A stretch of 64,000 nt of DNA from Pseudonocardiales bacterium (GCA_019247305.1 JAFAPC010000019.1:3437-67436); one strand, 5' to 3'. Counted from the stretch's first letter, positions 47,401 through 56,661 are shown. Notes: generated by a model not told the origin, from the sequence alone. Program-made: numbers and translations.

Positions 47401-48277
47401 GCTCGATGCGCAGGTTGACGGGAAGCATGGCGATGTTCGGTGGCGTGAGATCCGCCATGGTGTCGGCCGGTACGCCAACGTTGGTCCGTGGATCAGCAAC
47501 ATGGGCGCCGACGTCGCGGGTGGCGGGTGCATGCAGTGGGACGGAGGGCAGCGGGCCGCTGGGCATGCCCGGCATCCCAGGCATGCCCGGAATCACGGTG
47601 GCGGGATTGGCTGGATTGTCGTTGCTCGGATATTCCATCATGAAGATGACGTACTCGCGGAAACTGCGATCGGGTAGGTGGACGTCCGCGTACAGACCAG
47701 CGGCGAGCGTGCCACCGGTCTGCGGATCGGTCCACGTCGCGTCCGACGCTTCAACGACCAGCGCGCCGATCAGCCCGTGGCTCTGCGCGCCCTCGCCGCG
47801 CGCGTCGGCCATGTCGCCGAAGTGGAAGACACCTTCGTGTAGACATAGCCATTCGTACTCGCGGCTCTGTCCCGGGGGCACGCTCGTGTCCGGGTTAGCG
47901 CCGGCCGCTAGCCCGTCGCTCGTGCGGGCGTCGTACCGCACGCCCTGCACGGTGATGCCCGCTGGACGCGAAAGTTCGTTGGTCAGCCGTACCCGCAGCC
48001 GCTCGCCGCGGCGAACTCGCAGCACCAGTGGTCGGGCCAGTGGGTGTGGCTTGGGAACCCGGTCGGGCTCGGTGAGATAATTGGGAAAAGGATCGGGCCA
48101 GGAAGCCGCGATGGAACGCAACTGCTCAGCGTCCTCAGCGAGCGCATACAGTGCACCATTGCCGTCGTAGTCACCAAAGGCGTTGTATGCGATGGGCACG
48201 TGCAGCGCAACGATGTCGTATGTCCTCGTCCCCTGGTCCGTACTCTGTGCGGTCGTTTGCGGTATTAACGGTGCCAC
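44486..48277 (-). CDS. Very large (1263 aa) multicopper oxidase without recognisable signal peptide
   Basis: WHCHMYVHFHMGMWGLF (the HCHxxxHxxxGM type 1/trinuclear site), FHTHLHQW, FFHDHLLANYRQRHGLFG, Met-rich GMPGMPGMPSGP. No Sec/Tat-like N-terminus. Confidence 0.8.
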   Translation of the reverse strand: MAPLIPQTTAQSTDQGTRTYDIVALHVPIAYNAFGDYDGNGALYALAEDAEQLRSIAASWPDPFPNYLTEPDRVPKPHPLARPLVLRVRRGERLRVRLTNELSRPAGITVQGVRYDARTSDGLAAGANPDTSVPPGQSREYEWLCLHEGVFHFGDMADARGEGAQSHGLIGALVVEASDATWTDPQTGGTLAAGLYADVHLPDRSFREYVIFMMEYPSNDNPANPATVIPGMPGMPGMPSGPLPSVPLHAPATRDVGAHVADPRTNVGVPADTMADLTPPNIAMLPVNLRIEPMEWRQYRYQKMLEQGVLDPVRDAQTGEEMHHSSWMFGDPATPVLCGYSGDPAVIRLVHGGMRDTHVFHTHLHQWRVNPDDENSPIVDSVSISPQEGLTLELLGGLGSVHQAFGDAIWHCHMYVHFHMGMWGLFRIFDTLQDGSRTYPDGTSIAALTPLPHRNPPPRPTPERPGFPAFMTQSATYPSKSPRPPRTPHQPAGMGREPTPLEAAAFCADPQPGEAFTKVGPPDAPVRRYHLVVASGTIYYHGDVTVEDAMTWHDHRGMFFALAEDIEAAGGLAEFQRQLETGERTVEPLVIRARKGEILEMTLTNALPSGPQEQTAFDPALPFQPECGLHTHLVKYDPLVSDGASIGWNYLSGTTTRDQGADAFARYNSWTYRWHVDEEFGAVFFHDHLLANYRQRHGLFGAMIAEPEDASWVSPADHAQVLSHGSQAVIVQPDGQDYRELILVVADFVPLVEHTQTGPSRREVPINPPPVPGGPDDQGAMGVNYRCEPLSERGGDPADWFASSVHHDPRTPILSAYPGEPIRVHLIQGSHDLQHSFTMNGMRWRQWPNRPDTPWRNQQTLGISNVAELRLDGSYGAGDYLWSFCATDDLWLGCWGLLRLYDQPQRALPALPTALLGHDPLPPKHLLRRYTVRARARDIVYNDQRVDPYGLCYVVDGEPVEGPLVLRCRAGEWVEITLINELEGTPPASAFDPPLMAKDDPGSRVLSGRVSLHPTLLRYNVRTDDGTNVGYNADSTVKPGGSHTYYWYADQPGVVLLRDHADVVSHLRRGLVGALVVEAADATPYDPETGRERWVGEQAVVRRLDAETVRELVLISQDGLRLYHDGDLTQPVSDLFSDSKDDAGQKAYNYRTAALHPLHPVLADPAPPTPLLHCRVGDQLVIHLAIGGSRSRNQCFTVHGQVWDVSEVGHGPYVSTIGALAAGSTRTVRFRASYPGDYLYRTGNLHWGVSEGWWGLIRVQETP

Positions 48278-48290
48278 TGCGATCCCTGCC

Positions 48291-49409
48291 TCATGAGGTC
48301 TCGTTGGTCAAGACGCTGCGTTGTTTTACGGGGCCGAGTACGTCTTGCGAGGCTTCCGCCGTGCTCTGCGTGAAGCGGGCCACCGGCGTGCCCTGCGAGA
48401 TCACTTGCCCTTCCCACTGGTAGCTCTGGCGGAAAACTCCGGTCGCCTCATCAGGGCACGATCGGCTGAACGTGAGCCCGATCCGGTCGCCGCGCCGCAC
48501 TGGCACCGGTTCCGCGATGGGCAGGTAACAATGCTTCCAACTATCGGAGGTTGCCCGGCCCGCGATGTCATCACCAGAGATGTCCAGCGCCACTGTGTCC
48601 GAGAGCGTCGCCACGAAATAGCCCTTGAAGCCGGTCAGGATTCCGTCGCGGCAGGCAGTATAGGCCAGCGGCACGCGGTAGGCGGCGGCCGCGGGTGGTA
48701 TGCAGTCGGGTGCCGCGAAGTTGTACAGCCGAGCCACCCTCGGTGTGGCGAGGTACGTGCACACAGGAATGATCACATCGTAGTAGAGATCAAACGGACT
48801 GCGCGCGCCACGGCGTCGCAACCGCTCAGCAAACGGCACCGGGCCGCCGGCGTCCACCGGATCACCACGGCTGACCTGCTCATGGGCCTGTTCGGCCGCC
48901 ACCGGCACCAGGTAACTCTCCACTCTGCTAGGCACCATCAGGCCACCGTCGGCGAGCAGTCGCTGGCGGACATCGGCGAGGATCGCGACGAAACCCTCGT
49001 TGTCCGCCAGGTTGCCCATGATCTCCGAAACGACGAGATCGACTCGCTCAGGCAGGCTCACGTCGAAGGACACGCCGTGGATCGGAGAGAAGCGCTCGCC
49101 GTAGCCCGCAGCCACGACACGCTCGGTCGCGGTCTGCAGGACGGACGCATTGAGGTCGATCCCGTACACTCGTTTGGCGCCGGCTTGCAGCGCCCACAAG
49201 GCTAAAATGCCGGTGCCGGTTCCCAGGTCGAGTACTGTCATGCCAGGCCGTACCGCCTCGGCGATGGCGGTACGAAACGCGGTCATCCGCACCTCGTCGC
49301 CGAGCAGCAGGTCGTGGAAGCCCTCATCCCACTCCAAAAGCTGTTCCGATGCCGGTAGCCATACCTGCTCCGGCTGGTATCCGGCTGTGCTGGTGGCAGT
49401 TGAGGTCAT
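48291..49409 (-). CDS. PRMT-like (arginine/guanidino-type) class I SAM methyltransferase
   Basis: ATGA overlap with the Rieske stop. VLDLGTGTGILALWALQAGAKRVYGIDLN (motif I) and VVSEIMGNLADNEGF (double-E-loop-like). Confidence 0.75.
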   Translation of the reverse strand: MTSTATSTAGYQPEQVWLPASEQLLEWDEGFHDLLLGDEVRMTAFRTAIAEAVRPGMTVLDLGTGTGILALWALQAGAKRVYGIDLNASVLQTATERVVAAGYGERFSPIHGVSFDVSLPERVDLVVSEIMGNLADNEGFVAILADVRQRLLADGGLMVPSRVESYLVPVAAEQAHEQVSRGDPVDAGGPVPFAERLRRRGARSPFDLYYDVIIPVCTYLATPRVARLYNFAAPDCIPPAAAAYRVPLAYTACRDGILTGFKGYFVATLSDTVALDISGDDIAGRATSDSWKHCYLPIAEPVPVRRGDRIGLTFSRSCPDEATGVFRQSYQWEGQVISQGTPVARFTQSTAEASQDVLGPVKQRSVLTNETS

Positions 49410-49669
49410 AGTTCGCTCCTACCGTCCTGCCGTTGGCGCACCGGCAGCGGATCGGTACCAGGACCTGCGACTGGGCAGCCGGTGGCAAGATCAAATGTCG
49501 AGCCGTGCAACGGGCATGTGATCTGCAGCTTGCGGACGTTGACGTACCCGTGGATGAGCCGCCCCTTACGGTGTGGGCAGGCTGCGGCGATCACGTACTC
49601 TCTCCCGTCCACCCGGACGCGTACCCACTCGCCGGGCAACGCCTCGATCACCAGGTCTGTCTGGCTCAC
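49406..49669 (-). CDS. Small Rieske [2Fe-2S] protein
   Basis: GTG 49669 after GGGAGGAAGC, in a GTGA overlap with the upstream stop. CPHRKGRL ... CPLHGSTF. Confidence 0.8.
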   Translation of the reverse strand: MSQTDLVIEALPGEWVRVRVDGREYVIAAACPHRKGRLIHGYVNVRKLQITCPLHGSTFDLATGCPVAGPGTDPLPVRQRQDGRSEL

Positions 49670-50496
49670 GCTTCCTCCCGCGCTCGCCGCACCGCGGCCT
49701 CGAAGGCAGTGCCGATCAACTCCGAGAGCAGAAGCGCACCGATCCACAGCTTGGTCGGGTCCAGAGCGTGCGCCGCTTCGTATTCCCGAATGGCGAGCTG
49801 CATCTCCTTGCGGTGGAAGTCGTCGATGTGCACATGCTCGCTGTAATAGCGCCCGTGCGTAATGCCCAGCCGTTCGCACGCTCGCACCTGGACGGTGAAC
49901 GCAGCCGGGATGCTCGCCTCCAGATAGGCCAGCGCGCCCAGGAAGTACTCCACGTCGGGCGCACGCTGTGTCAGCCAGTAGAAGACGTTCAGGAAAGCAT
50001 ATGTCTCGTCGCTGGTGTGATCCAGGTAGCGGTTCAGGTCCAGCGGCAACTCCAGCTCCGTCAGCAGATTGCGGTAGAGCTGCGAGTGGGTCTGCTGGAG
50101 GTTGCCGCAACCAAACTCATCGATGAGCACACGCATCACTGCCATCTGCGCCCGGATCGGCAGGCGAGGGATGATCGGGAAGAAATTCTGTGCCTCCGTC
50201 AGCCCATCCAGCGCGAATTCCCGGACGACGAGCGTGAACTGTGCGCGGCTCGCCTTCTCGGCCAGGTAGTGTCCGGCGGGCGTGCCCTCCTGCTCACTGG
50301 CCAGGAGTTCCTCAAGTGCTGCTACCCACTGCGCACGCGAGCCGATCATCGGCGTACGCGCAGTGAGAGCGGCAACTTTAGGTATGATCCAGTCTCGTTC
50401 GATCTGTTCGATCTGTGTGTAGCGCTCGGCGGTAGGCAGCGAGCGATTGTGGATGAACAGGCTTTTGAGGACGCTGTCCGTCGTTGCGATCCTCAT
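49666..50496 (-). CDS. Heme-oxygenase-like diiron (iron-containing redox enzyme family, HDO) protein
   Basis: ATGA overlap, AAGGAGG upstream. LIDEFGCGNLQQTHSQLY, ALAYLEAS, SEHVHIDDFH match the E/H ligand pattern of HDO enzymes. Confidence 0.75.
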   Translation of the reverse strand: MRIATTDSVLKSLFIHNRSLPTAERYTQIEQIERDWIIPKVAALTARTPMIGSRAQWVAALEELLASEQEGTPAGHYLAEKASRAQFTLVVREFALDGLTEAQNFFPIIPRLPIRAQMAVMRVLIDEFGCGNLQQTHSQLYRNLLTELELPLDLNRYLDHTSDETYAFLNVFYWLTQRAPDVEYFLGALAYLEASIPAAFTVQVRACERLGITHGRYYSEHVHIDDFHRKEMQLAIREYEAAHALDPTKLWIGALLLSELIGTAFEAAVRRAREEA

Positions 50497-51302
50497 GCCA
50501 ACACCTCCTTTGTCTGGATGATCCGGGCCGTCGTGAGCACTCCACGCCGGTGCAGCTCGGCTTTGATCATGCGATACCAGTCCGGCCGCGCCAGCCCGTA
50601 CCGCTCACAGGCGGCCCGTACCGCGCTGGCCCGTGCCGTGGACGGCTCGACGAACAGTTCCGCGCACAGAGCCGGTTCGATGTTGGCCAATGCGACTACG
50701 TAGCCATCGACGTCACCCACCTCCAGCAGCAGCGCTTCGATGCCCTGAAATATCGGTACTCCCGGACGGGCCGCGATCAGCCGCCGCGTGAACGCTGGGG
50801 AGCCGCCAGAGTCCTTGACCGCGACGACCCCCGCTAGCCTGCACACCCGCAGCAGCGTGTCCAGTTCAAGATTATTACCGGACACGGCGCTTTCGTGATA
50901 GACGACTACCGGTAGCGGGGTGGCCTGCGTCACCGCCGTGTAGTGCCGATACATGTCTTGCTGGCTGACCTGCGGCCCGTAGGGCGTGGTCACCACAACG
51001 GCACGGGCGCCGAGCACGGCCGCGAGCCGCGCTCGGGCAATCACCTCGGTGGTCTGCGGGCATTCGATCCCGGCCAGCACTGGCAGCCCACCGGCGTAAC
51101 GCACCGTGCTGGCGATCAGCTGACTCCACTGCCGGTCTGATAATGCCCAGCCTTCACCGGTGCTGAGCGCTGGAACGAGCGCTGTTACGTGTGGTCGAAC
51201 CGAGGCGATCAGCCGTGCAATATCCGGCGCGCAGATCTCGCCAGCATCGGTGAGCGGCGTGACCAGCGCGACGATCACCCCCGTCCATGCCTGATTCTCC
51301 AT
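50493..51302 (-). CDS. Dihydrodipicolinate synthase/N-acetylneuraminate lyase family class I aldolase
   Basis: GVIVALVTPLT, LSTGEGWAL, VVAVKDSGG (Schiff-base lysine position). The start shares one nt with the upstream stop. Confidence 0.8.
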   Translation of the reverse strand: MENQAWTGVIVALVTPLTDAGEICAPDIARLIASVRPHVTALVPALSTGEGWALSDRQWSQLIASTVRYAGGLPVLAGIECPQTTEVIARARLAAVLGARAVVVTTPYGPQVSQQDMYRHYTAVTQATPLPVVVYHESAVSGNNLELDTLLRVCRLAGVVAVKDSGGSPAFTRRLIAARPGVPIFQGIEALLLEVGDVDGYVVALANIEPALCAELFVEPSTARASAVRAACERYGLARPDWYRMIKAELHRRGVLTTARIIQTKEVLA

Positions 51303-51790
51303 CACAACTCCGTCATCGGTACGCGAAGCGCCAGCGAGGTGCGGTAAAGCCGCTCCAGTGCGTCCGGGAACAACAACTCCACGTCGGCCTTTGGCGCCCG
51401 TACCGGCAGCGAAGCGTGTGCCAACAGCCGTGGACTGACCGACCACAGCATGCCGTTTCTGTTCAGGACCATCCCCGCCAGCAACCGTTCGTGCATGGCC
51501 AGGCCATCCAGCTCCGCCAGCAGGCCGACTCGCAAGTCGGCCGCGTCATAGCCGCGGCGCTCGATGCGCATATCCGTGTGCAGGTTGTCCATGAACGGGT
51601 AGTAGGCGTCTTGCACCGCACGCGGGAACCGCCACACCAGGTCATCACACCGGCCGACCTGTTCCCAGCTCATCACCACGTGGTCGGATAGTCGCGCGGC
51701 AAAAAATGATTTGCAGGCGATCCGCATCGACTCATCGGTACTGTGCATACCGAGGAACAGTGCCGCGTCGACGTACACGTCACCGGCCAT
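51302..51790 (-). CDS. Small protein of unknown function (162 aa)
   Basis: ORF bridging the PLP enzyme and the aldolase, with overlaps at both ends. No motif recognised. Confidence 0.55.
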   Translation of the reverse strand: MAGDVYVDAALFLGMHSTDESMRIACKSFFAARLSDHVVMSWEQVGRCDDLVWRFPRAVQDAYYPFMDNLHTDMRIERRGYDAADLRVGLLAELDGLAMHERLLAGMVLNRNGMLWSVSPRLLAHASLPVRAPKADVELLFPDALERLYRTSLALRVPMTEL

Positions 51791-53060
51791 GGCGATCAAG
51801 TATCCGGCGTAGTCGGGTCATCGCGGTGGCGAACATCTTTGGGTCGCGCGCCAGGGCGATCCTGATGAAGCTATCACCCCTGCTCGGCTGACTCCAGTAG
51901 AAATATCGGCCGGGCAGCACGTATACTCCTTCGCTAAGGAGGTCGGATTGCAGCTCCGATGCGGTCAGTTCCGGGTGGTCGATCCGAAACCAAGCCACGC
52001 TGACCGGCACGATCGGTTCCTGGTATTTCAAGATCGACCCGTTGAGGACACTGCGTGTGGTTTCGCGGTTGTGCATGAGCACGTCACGTATCGAGCAGAA
52101 GTCGTCGGCGATGGAGTCCTCGATGTACTGTGTCAGCATGTTCAACACGAACGGCGATACGTTCAGCAGCACGCTGGTGTGAATGTTGTAGACTGCTTTT
52201 CGGATGTCATCGCTGACTGTGATCATCGCACACTTAGCGTCCTGCACCGGCCAAGTCTTGCCGGTGTCCTCGATCGCCATATACGTCACGCCAGAATTTT
52301 CCAGCAGCTCGTAGACGTCGAAACGCGTCAGCTTGGAGTCGAATAGCGTGAAGGCGGCGAAACAGAAGTCAATCACCAGCAGCTTGCCGTGGTCCCGGCA
52401 GAATCTCACTACTTCTTCGAAACCCTGACGCCCATGGGCTAGCAGGCTGTATCCGGTGGGGTTGTTCGGATCGACCAGGAACAGTGCGTCAGTACGGACA
52501 CGCCGCTTGAGTTCACCGTAGATCATATCTGGGTCGGTGAGAGTGGATTCATCAATCGGATACAGTGGAACGCCCATGTTCGCCAGCACGTCGTGCAGGT
52601 TGTCGAAGCATGGCTCGACCAGCGTGACGGCCATCCGCTGCTGCTTGAGGAACATGGCAGCAACCATCGTAGAGATCGACGCGGCGTAGGAGAGCAGGGT
52701 TTTCTTTTTGGTCAAGGCGGTCGGTTGCCCGTGTAACCGGAAGAACGCCTCGGTGAAACGACGTTCGTAGGTCTCCTGTAACCCTTCCTCAGTCTCATAC
52801 CACAGCTTGGGTAGCTGCTCGATAATCTTGCGTTGGCTTAGTGACTGTCGCTGGTGCGTGTGCGCGTCGGCCAAGTTGAACTCGGTCCGCAGGGCTTGGA
52901 TCTCATGCTGCGTAAGGTCAAGGAGTGTCTCCCGATCGGCGTTGAACATGGGGTCTCCGGGAGACCAGGACACTAGGCAAGCCCCGTTTTGCTGGTCTAG
53001 GACCGATTTCCCTGCTGTTTCGCTGTAGTCCATGTTCTGTCCCACTTGCAGCTTTGACAT
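51780..53060 (-). CDS. Fold-type I PLP-dependent enzyme (aminotransferase class I/II-like)
   Basis: ATG 53060 after [26 protein letters not shown] (candidate PLP lysine). First gene of the coupled operon. Confidence 0.8.
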   Translation of the reverse strand: MSKLQVGQNMDYSETAGKSVLDQQNGACLVSWSPGDPMFNADRETLLDLTQHEIQALRTEFNLADAHTHQRQSLSQRKIIEQLPKLWYETEEGLQETYERRFTEAFFRLHGQPTALTKKKTLLSYAASISTMVAAMFLKQQRMAVTLVEPCFDNLHDVLANMGVPLYPIDESTLTDPDMIYGELKRRVRTDALFLVDPNNPTGYSLLAHGRQGFEEVVRFCRDHGKLLVIDFCFAAFTLFDSKLTRFDVYELLENSGVTYMAIEDTGKTWPVQDAKCAMITVSDDIRKAVYNIHTSVLLNVSPFVLNMLTQYIEDSIADDFCSIRDVLMHNRETTRSVLNGSILKYQEPIVPVSVAWFRIDHPELTASELQSDLLSEGVYVLPGRYFYWSQPSRGDSFIRIALARDPKMFATAMTRLRRILDRHGR

Positions 53061-53258
53061 CTCGATGCCCCTCCTGTCCGCCGGCTTAATCGGCAACGAC
53101 TATAGGAGGATGAGTAGTGCTCGTCACATACGTCATGGCATACCCCCGATCGGGTGAAAACCAGGCTGTGCAGCCCGACGTGGATGCGCGAACCCCTGCC
53201 ATGGTTCATCCGAAATTGGAAAGCCAAACCTACCGGGAGATCGGGCGCCATCGATGCC

Positions 53259-53540
53259 TCACCGGTTGCCCAGGCTGTCGAGCTCCCGCATCCGGCGTTG
53301 GGCCCGCTCGGCAAGGGTGAGTACCAGGTCCCGGGCGATCGGATCGTTGCGGATCCGGGTGGGCGCAATCCGACCCGCGGTGCCCAGGTGCCGGATCGCC
53401 TCGCCGTCCCGCTCACCGCCAGCCTGTGCCCACCCTCGGGCTATGTCAAGGTGCAGATGGGAACGGCGGCCTGCCGACGCGAGTACTGCGGCACGTCGGC
53501 CACAGCCCGCTCGGCGGAAATCCCTGGGCATGGGTGGCAC
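53259..53540 (-). pseudogene. C-terminal fragment of an XRE-family regulator (same family as 63444..64000)
   Basis: HLHLDIARGWAQAGGERDGEAIRHLGTAGRIAPTRIRNDPIARDLVLTLAERA resembles the C-terminal end of large actinobacterial XRE regulators. No HTH part is present. Confidence 0.4.
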
Positions 53541-53739
53541 AGACCTGGCCCGGTGGCGTGATTGTCACGCTCGGGAAACCGCTGATGGCCAACGATCACT
53601 CTGTTGTAAGGTCGGCTCTAGCGACTCGGTGGGGTTCAGCGGTTGCATCGAGGACCATTCACCGCAGGTGTATGTAGATCGGTTCGGTGCCGGATTTTGT
53701 CAGTGGTGCCCGGAAGAATCGGGGCAGACCGTAGCCTTG

Positions 53740-54600
53740 CCGGAGCCCGTGGCGGCGATCTCGGATTGCCTCGATGGCATGCGCGAGACTCTCGGCGCCC
53801 TGAGTGATGAGGGGCTTACCCAGACGTTGCGCGAGTCGGCACCGGGCAGCTACGGGTGATCAACGAAACCATGGCGGTCTTGCCTGCGTCGGTCCCCCAA
53901 CCGGCCCGCGAGCGTGCCGAGGCAGATCTGGCTGGCTACGCCCGGGACTTCGGACCCCCGCCGGCTGCGCATCATTGCCCACCGCCTCCTCGCCACCCTT
54001 GACTCCGCCGGATCTCAACCCCGTGATGACTCCACCCCGGCGGCACCGGTCCGCGAGGAGCTGTGGTTCTGTGACCGCCGCGATGGGCCGCGATGGGCAT
54101 CTCGCGCTGGAAGGCTGGCTCGACCCTGAGTACGGCAGCATGATCCGCACTCTGATCGAGTAACTCGTCGCTCGTCGCCCCAGCACCGACGGCGTGCCCG
54201 ACACCAGGGCGGCTCCTCAGCGCCAGACCGATGCGCTTATCGAACTGTGCGAGCGGGTCCGCGTCACGGATAACTTCCCGACCACCGGCGGGGAACCCCC
54301 GCACGTCACGGTGACCATAAACTGGGACGCGCTACGCGCCGCACTGGGCACTGCGGCGATGGACTACGGGCAGTTGGTTCGGTGCCGCTGCGGCTCGCCG
54401 CCTGGCCTGCGATTGCACACTGATTCCCGTGGTGCTGGGTGGGAACTCTGAGCCGCTCGACAACGGCACGACCACGGTGCGAAATTGCTGCTTGCTCTGC
54501 CCGATGCATCACCAGCAGGCTGCACCTGCAAGGGCGGGGCATCACCATCCGCAGCGGACATGTTGAGTTCCGACCGCCGCCCCCTCACCAACCTCCTCCG
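53740..54600 (+). pseudogene. Decayed DUF222/HNH endonuclease gene (paralog of 3946..5181)
   Basis: Pieces lie in three frames: RLRIIAHRLLATLD..., HLALEGWLDPEYGSMIRTLIE*, RQTDALIELCERV...GGEPPHVTVTINWDAL, NCCLLCPMHHQ. There are internal stops, and most of the HNH core is deleted. Confidence 0.6.
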
Positions 54601-54672
54601 CCGCTGACCGCCACGACCTAATAACTGCACAACCTTCACGATTGATCTTGGCCTTATTCCCTTCTTGTGTAG

Positions 54673-56178
54673 TCAGGAGCGGGCGCGCTGTTTGATTCGG
54701 GAGGTGAGCTCCTGCACCTGGTCGTAGGTGCGGCGGCGTTCGGCCATCTCCTTGCGGATCTTGCGGTCCGCGTGGATCACCGTGGTGTGGTCGCGGCCGC
54801 CGAAGGTCTGCCCGATTTTCGGCAGGGACAGATCAGTCAGCTCCCGGCACAGGTACATGGCGATCTGTCGGGCCTGGGCGACATGCTTGGTCTTGCTGGG
54901 CCCGCACAGATCCTCGATGGTGAGCCCGAAGAACTCGGCGGTCACCGCCATGATGTGGGGTGCGCCGATCTCGCGCGCCGCCTCGTCCGGGATGAGATCA
55001 CGCAGCACGATCTCCGCGAGCTGGCGGTCCACCGGTTGGCGGTTCAGCGAGGCGAACGCGGTGACCCGGATCAGCGCTCCCTCCAGCTCGCGGATGTTGC
55101 GTTCGATGCGGGCAGCGATGAACTCCAGCACCTCATCGGGCGCGGCCAACCGGTCGCCAGCGGCCTTCTTGCGCAGGATGGCGATCCGGGTCTCCAGCTC
55201 GGGCGGCTGGATGTCGGTGATCAGGCCCCACTCGAACCGAGTGCGCAACCGGTCCTCCAGCGTGCCCAGCCCCTTCGGTGGGCGATCGGAGGAGATCACG
55301 ATCTGCTTGTTCGTGTTGTGCAGGGTGTTGAAGGTGTGGAAGAACTCTTCCTGGGTGCCTTCCTTGCCCTCCAGGAATTGGATGTCATCCACCAGCAGCA
55401 CGTCGACGTCGCGGTAGCGGCGTTGGAAGGCCACTTTGCGGTCATCCCGCAGGGAGTTGATGAAGTCGTTGGTGAACTCCTCCGTGGAGACGTACCGCAC
55501 CCGCATACTGGGGAACAGCCGCTGCGCGTAGTGCCCGACGGCGTGCAGCAGGTGCGTCTTGCCCAACCCGGATTCGCCCCAGATGAACAGCGGGTTGTAG
55601 GCACGCGCCGGTGCCTCGGACACGGCCACCGCTGCGGCGTGCGCGAATCGGTTTGAGGCGCCGATCACGAAGGTGTCGAACGTGTACTTCTCGTTGAGCC
55701 TGGTCTGCGAGCTCGGCGGCCGGGTCGCTCCCGCAGCGGCCGGACCAGCGAAGGGGGGCCAGATCTCCTGCACGGTGGCCTCGCTTTGCTCGTCGCCAGA
55801 GTCGGTGGCGGCGCCGAGGGCAAGCCCACTCGGCGGGGTAGCGCCTGAGCTGGAGTCGTCAGACACCACTGGTTCGGGGGTGGTGAACTGCGGCGGTAGC
55901 TCCGGTGGCACCGGCAGCGGATGGTCAACCTTAACCGCGAGCGACACCTGCCGACCCAGGCGCCGGGACAGTGCGGCGCTGATCGGCTCGCGGAGCGCCC
56001 GCTCGATAGCGTCTTTGGCGAAGTCGCTGGGCGCGGCCAGCAGCGCAGTGCCATCCAGCAGACCGATCGGCCGGGTGACCCGCATCCAGGCCCGTTGCTG
56101 CGGCGACAGCGTCCCGGTGGAGAGCTCCCGGACGACCTCGCTCCACACCTGGCCGAGGTCGTTTTGCCGCTCTGACAC
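54673..56178 (-). CDS. dnaA: Chromosomal replication initiator DnaA
   Basis: GTG 56178 after GAAGGGGAG (alternative start 56232). [33 protein letters not shown]-terminal DNA-binding [15 protein letters not shown]. Confidence 0.95.
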   Translation of the reverse strand: MSERQNDLGQVWSEVVRELSTGTLSPQQRAWMRVTRPIGLLDGTALLAAPSDFAKDAIERALREPISAALSRRLGRQVSLAVKVDHPLPVPPELPPQFTTPEPVVSDDSSSGATPPSGLALGAATDSGDEQSEATVQEIWPPFAGPAAAGATRPPSSQTRLNEKYTFDTFVIGASNRFAHAAAVAVSEAPARAYNPLFIWGESGLGKTHLLHAVGHYAQRLFPSMRVRYVSTEEFTNDFINSLRDDRKVAFQRRYRDVDVLLVDDIQFLEGKEGTQEEFFHTFNTLHNTNKQIVISSDRPPKGLGTLEDRLRTRFEWGLITDIQPPELETRIAILRKKAAGDRLAAPDEVLEFIAARIERNIRELEGALIRVTAFASLNRQPVDRQLAEIVLRDLIPDEAAREIGAPHIMAVTAEFFGLTIEDLCGPSKTKHVAQARQIAMYLCRELTDLSLPKIGQTFGGRDHTTVIHADRKIRKEMAERRRTYDQVQELTSRIKQRARS

Positions 56179-56222
56179 CCGCTGACTCCCCTTCGGCCGG
56201 TGGTAGACGCCAGGAACGCTGC

Positions 56223-56254
56223 GCGTCCACAAAGTTGTCCACAGCTGTGGACAG
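56223..56254. promoter_or_regulatory. Three DnaA boxes just upstream of dnaA
   Basis: cgTCCACAa 56223-56231, TTGTCCACA 56235-56243, and TGTGGACAG 56246-56254 (inverted). Confidence 0.7.
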
Positions 56255-56661
56255 CGTGGGCCGCCGCGCTCCGCAGATCCCCGACATGCCTGCTTGCTGG
56301 GCGGCCTAGGAGACCCTAATCAGCCACCGCACGCTGACAAGCCTGGGGTGCTGCCACAAAAACTCCGCTTCGGCAAGCACCACCGATGTAACGGTGTGTC
56401 GCCCCAGCGGTAACGCGAGATGCCGGTTTTGACGGCACCGGTACCGGCGGCCTAAGCTCAGAGTGTCTCCCGCCCACCGGTGGGCATGTGTGCGTGCTCT
56501 CGCCTACGGTCCCGACACGGTCCGCGTACCGAGTGAGCCCCGCTCGCAGCCAATGCCGCCCGTGCCAGTGGGGGATGACCCGGTTACCCCCGGTCCTGAT
56601 GGCCCCGGTCCTGATGGCCCCGGTCCCGCAATGAGAACCGAGCACCCGGAGAACGACAGTC

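Noticed and set aside
53154-53859. ORFs 53154..53561 and 53254..53859 (+) between the biosynthetic operon and the HNH relic, considered as possible regulators.
   Set aside because: Their translations are Arg/Pro-rich and overlap the - strand XRE tail fragment. Only the last ~40 codons (VAAISDCLDGMRETLGALSDEGL) look like a DUF222 N-terminal remnant, which is already covered by the pseudogene call.
56590-56627. 15-bp tandem repeat (ccggtcctgatggcc x2.3) upstream of rpmH, considered as a possible promoter iteron or part of oriC.
   Set aside because: It has no DnaA-box similarity and there is no evidence beyond the repeat itself. It is consistent with the genome-wide micro-duplication tendency noted above.
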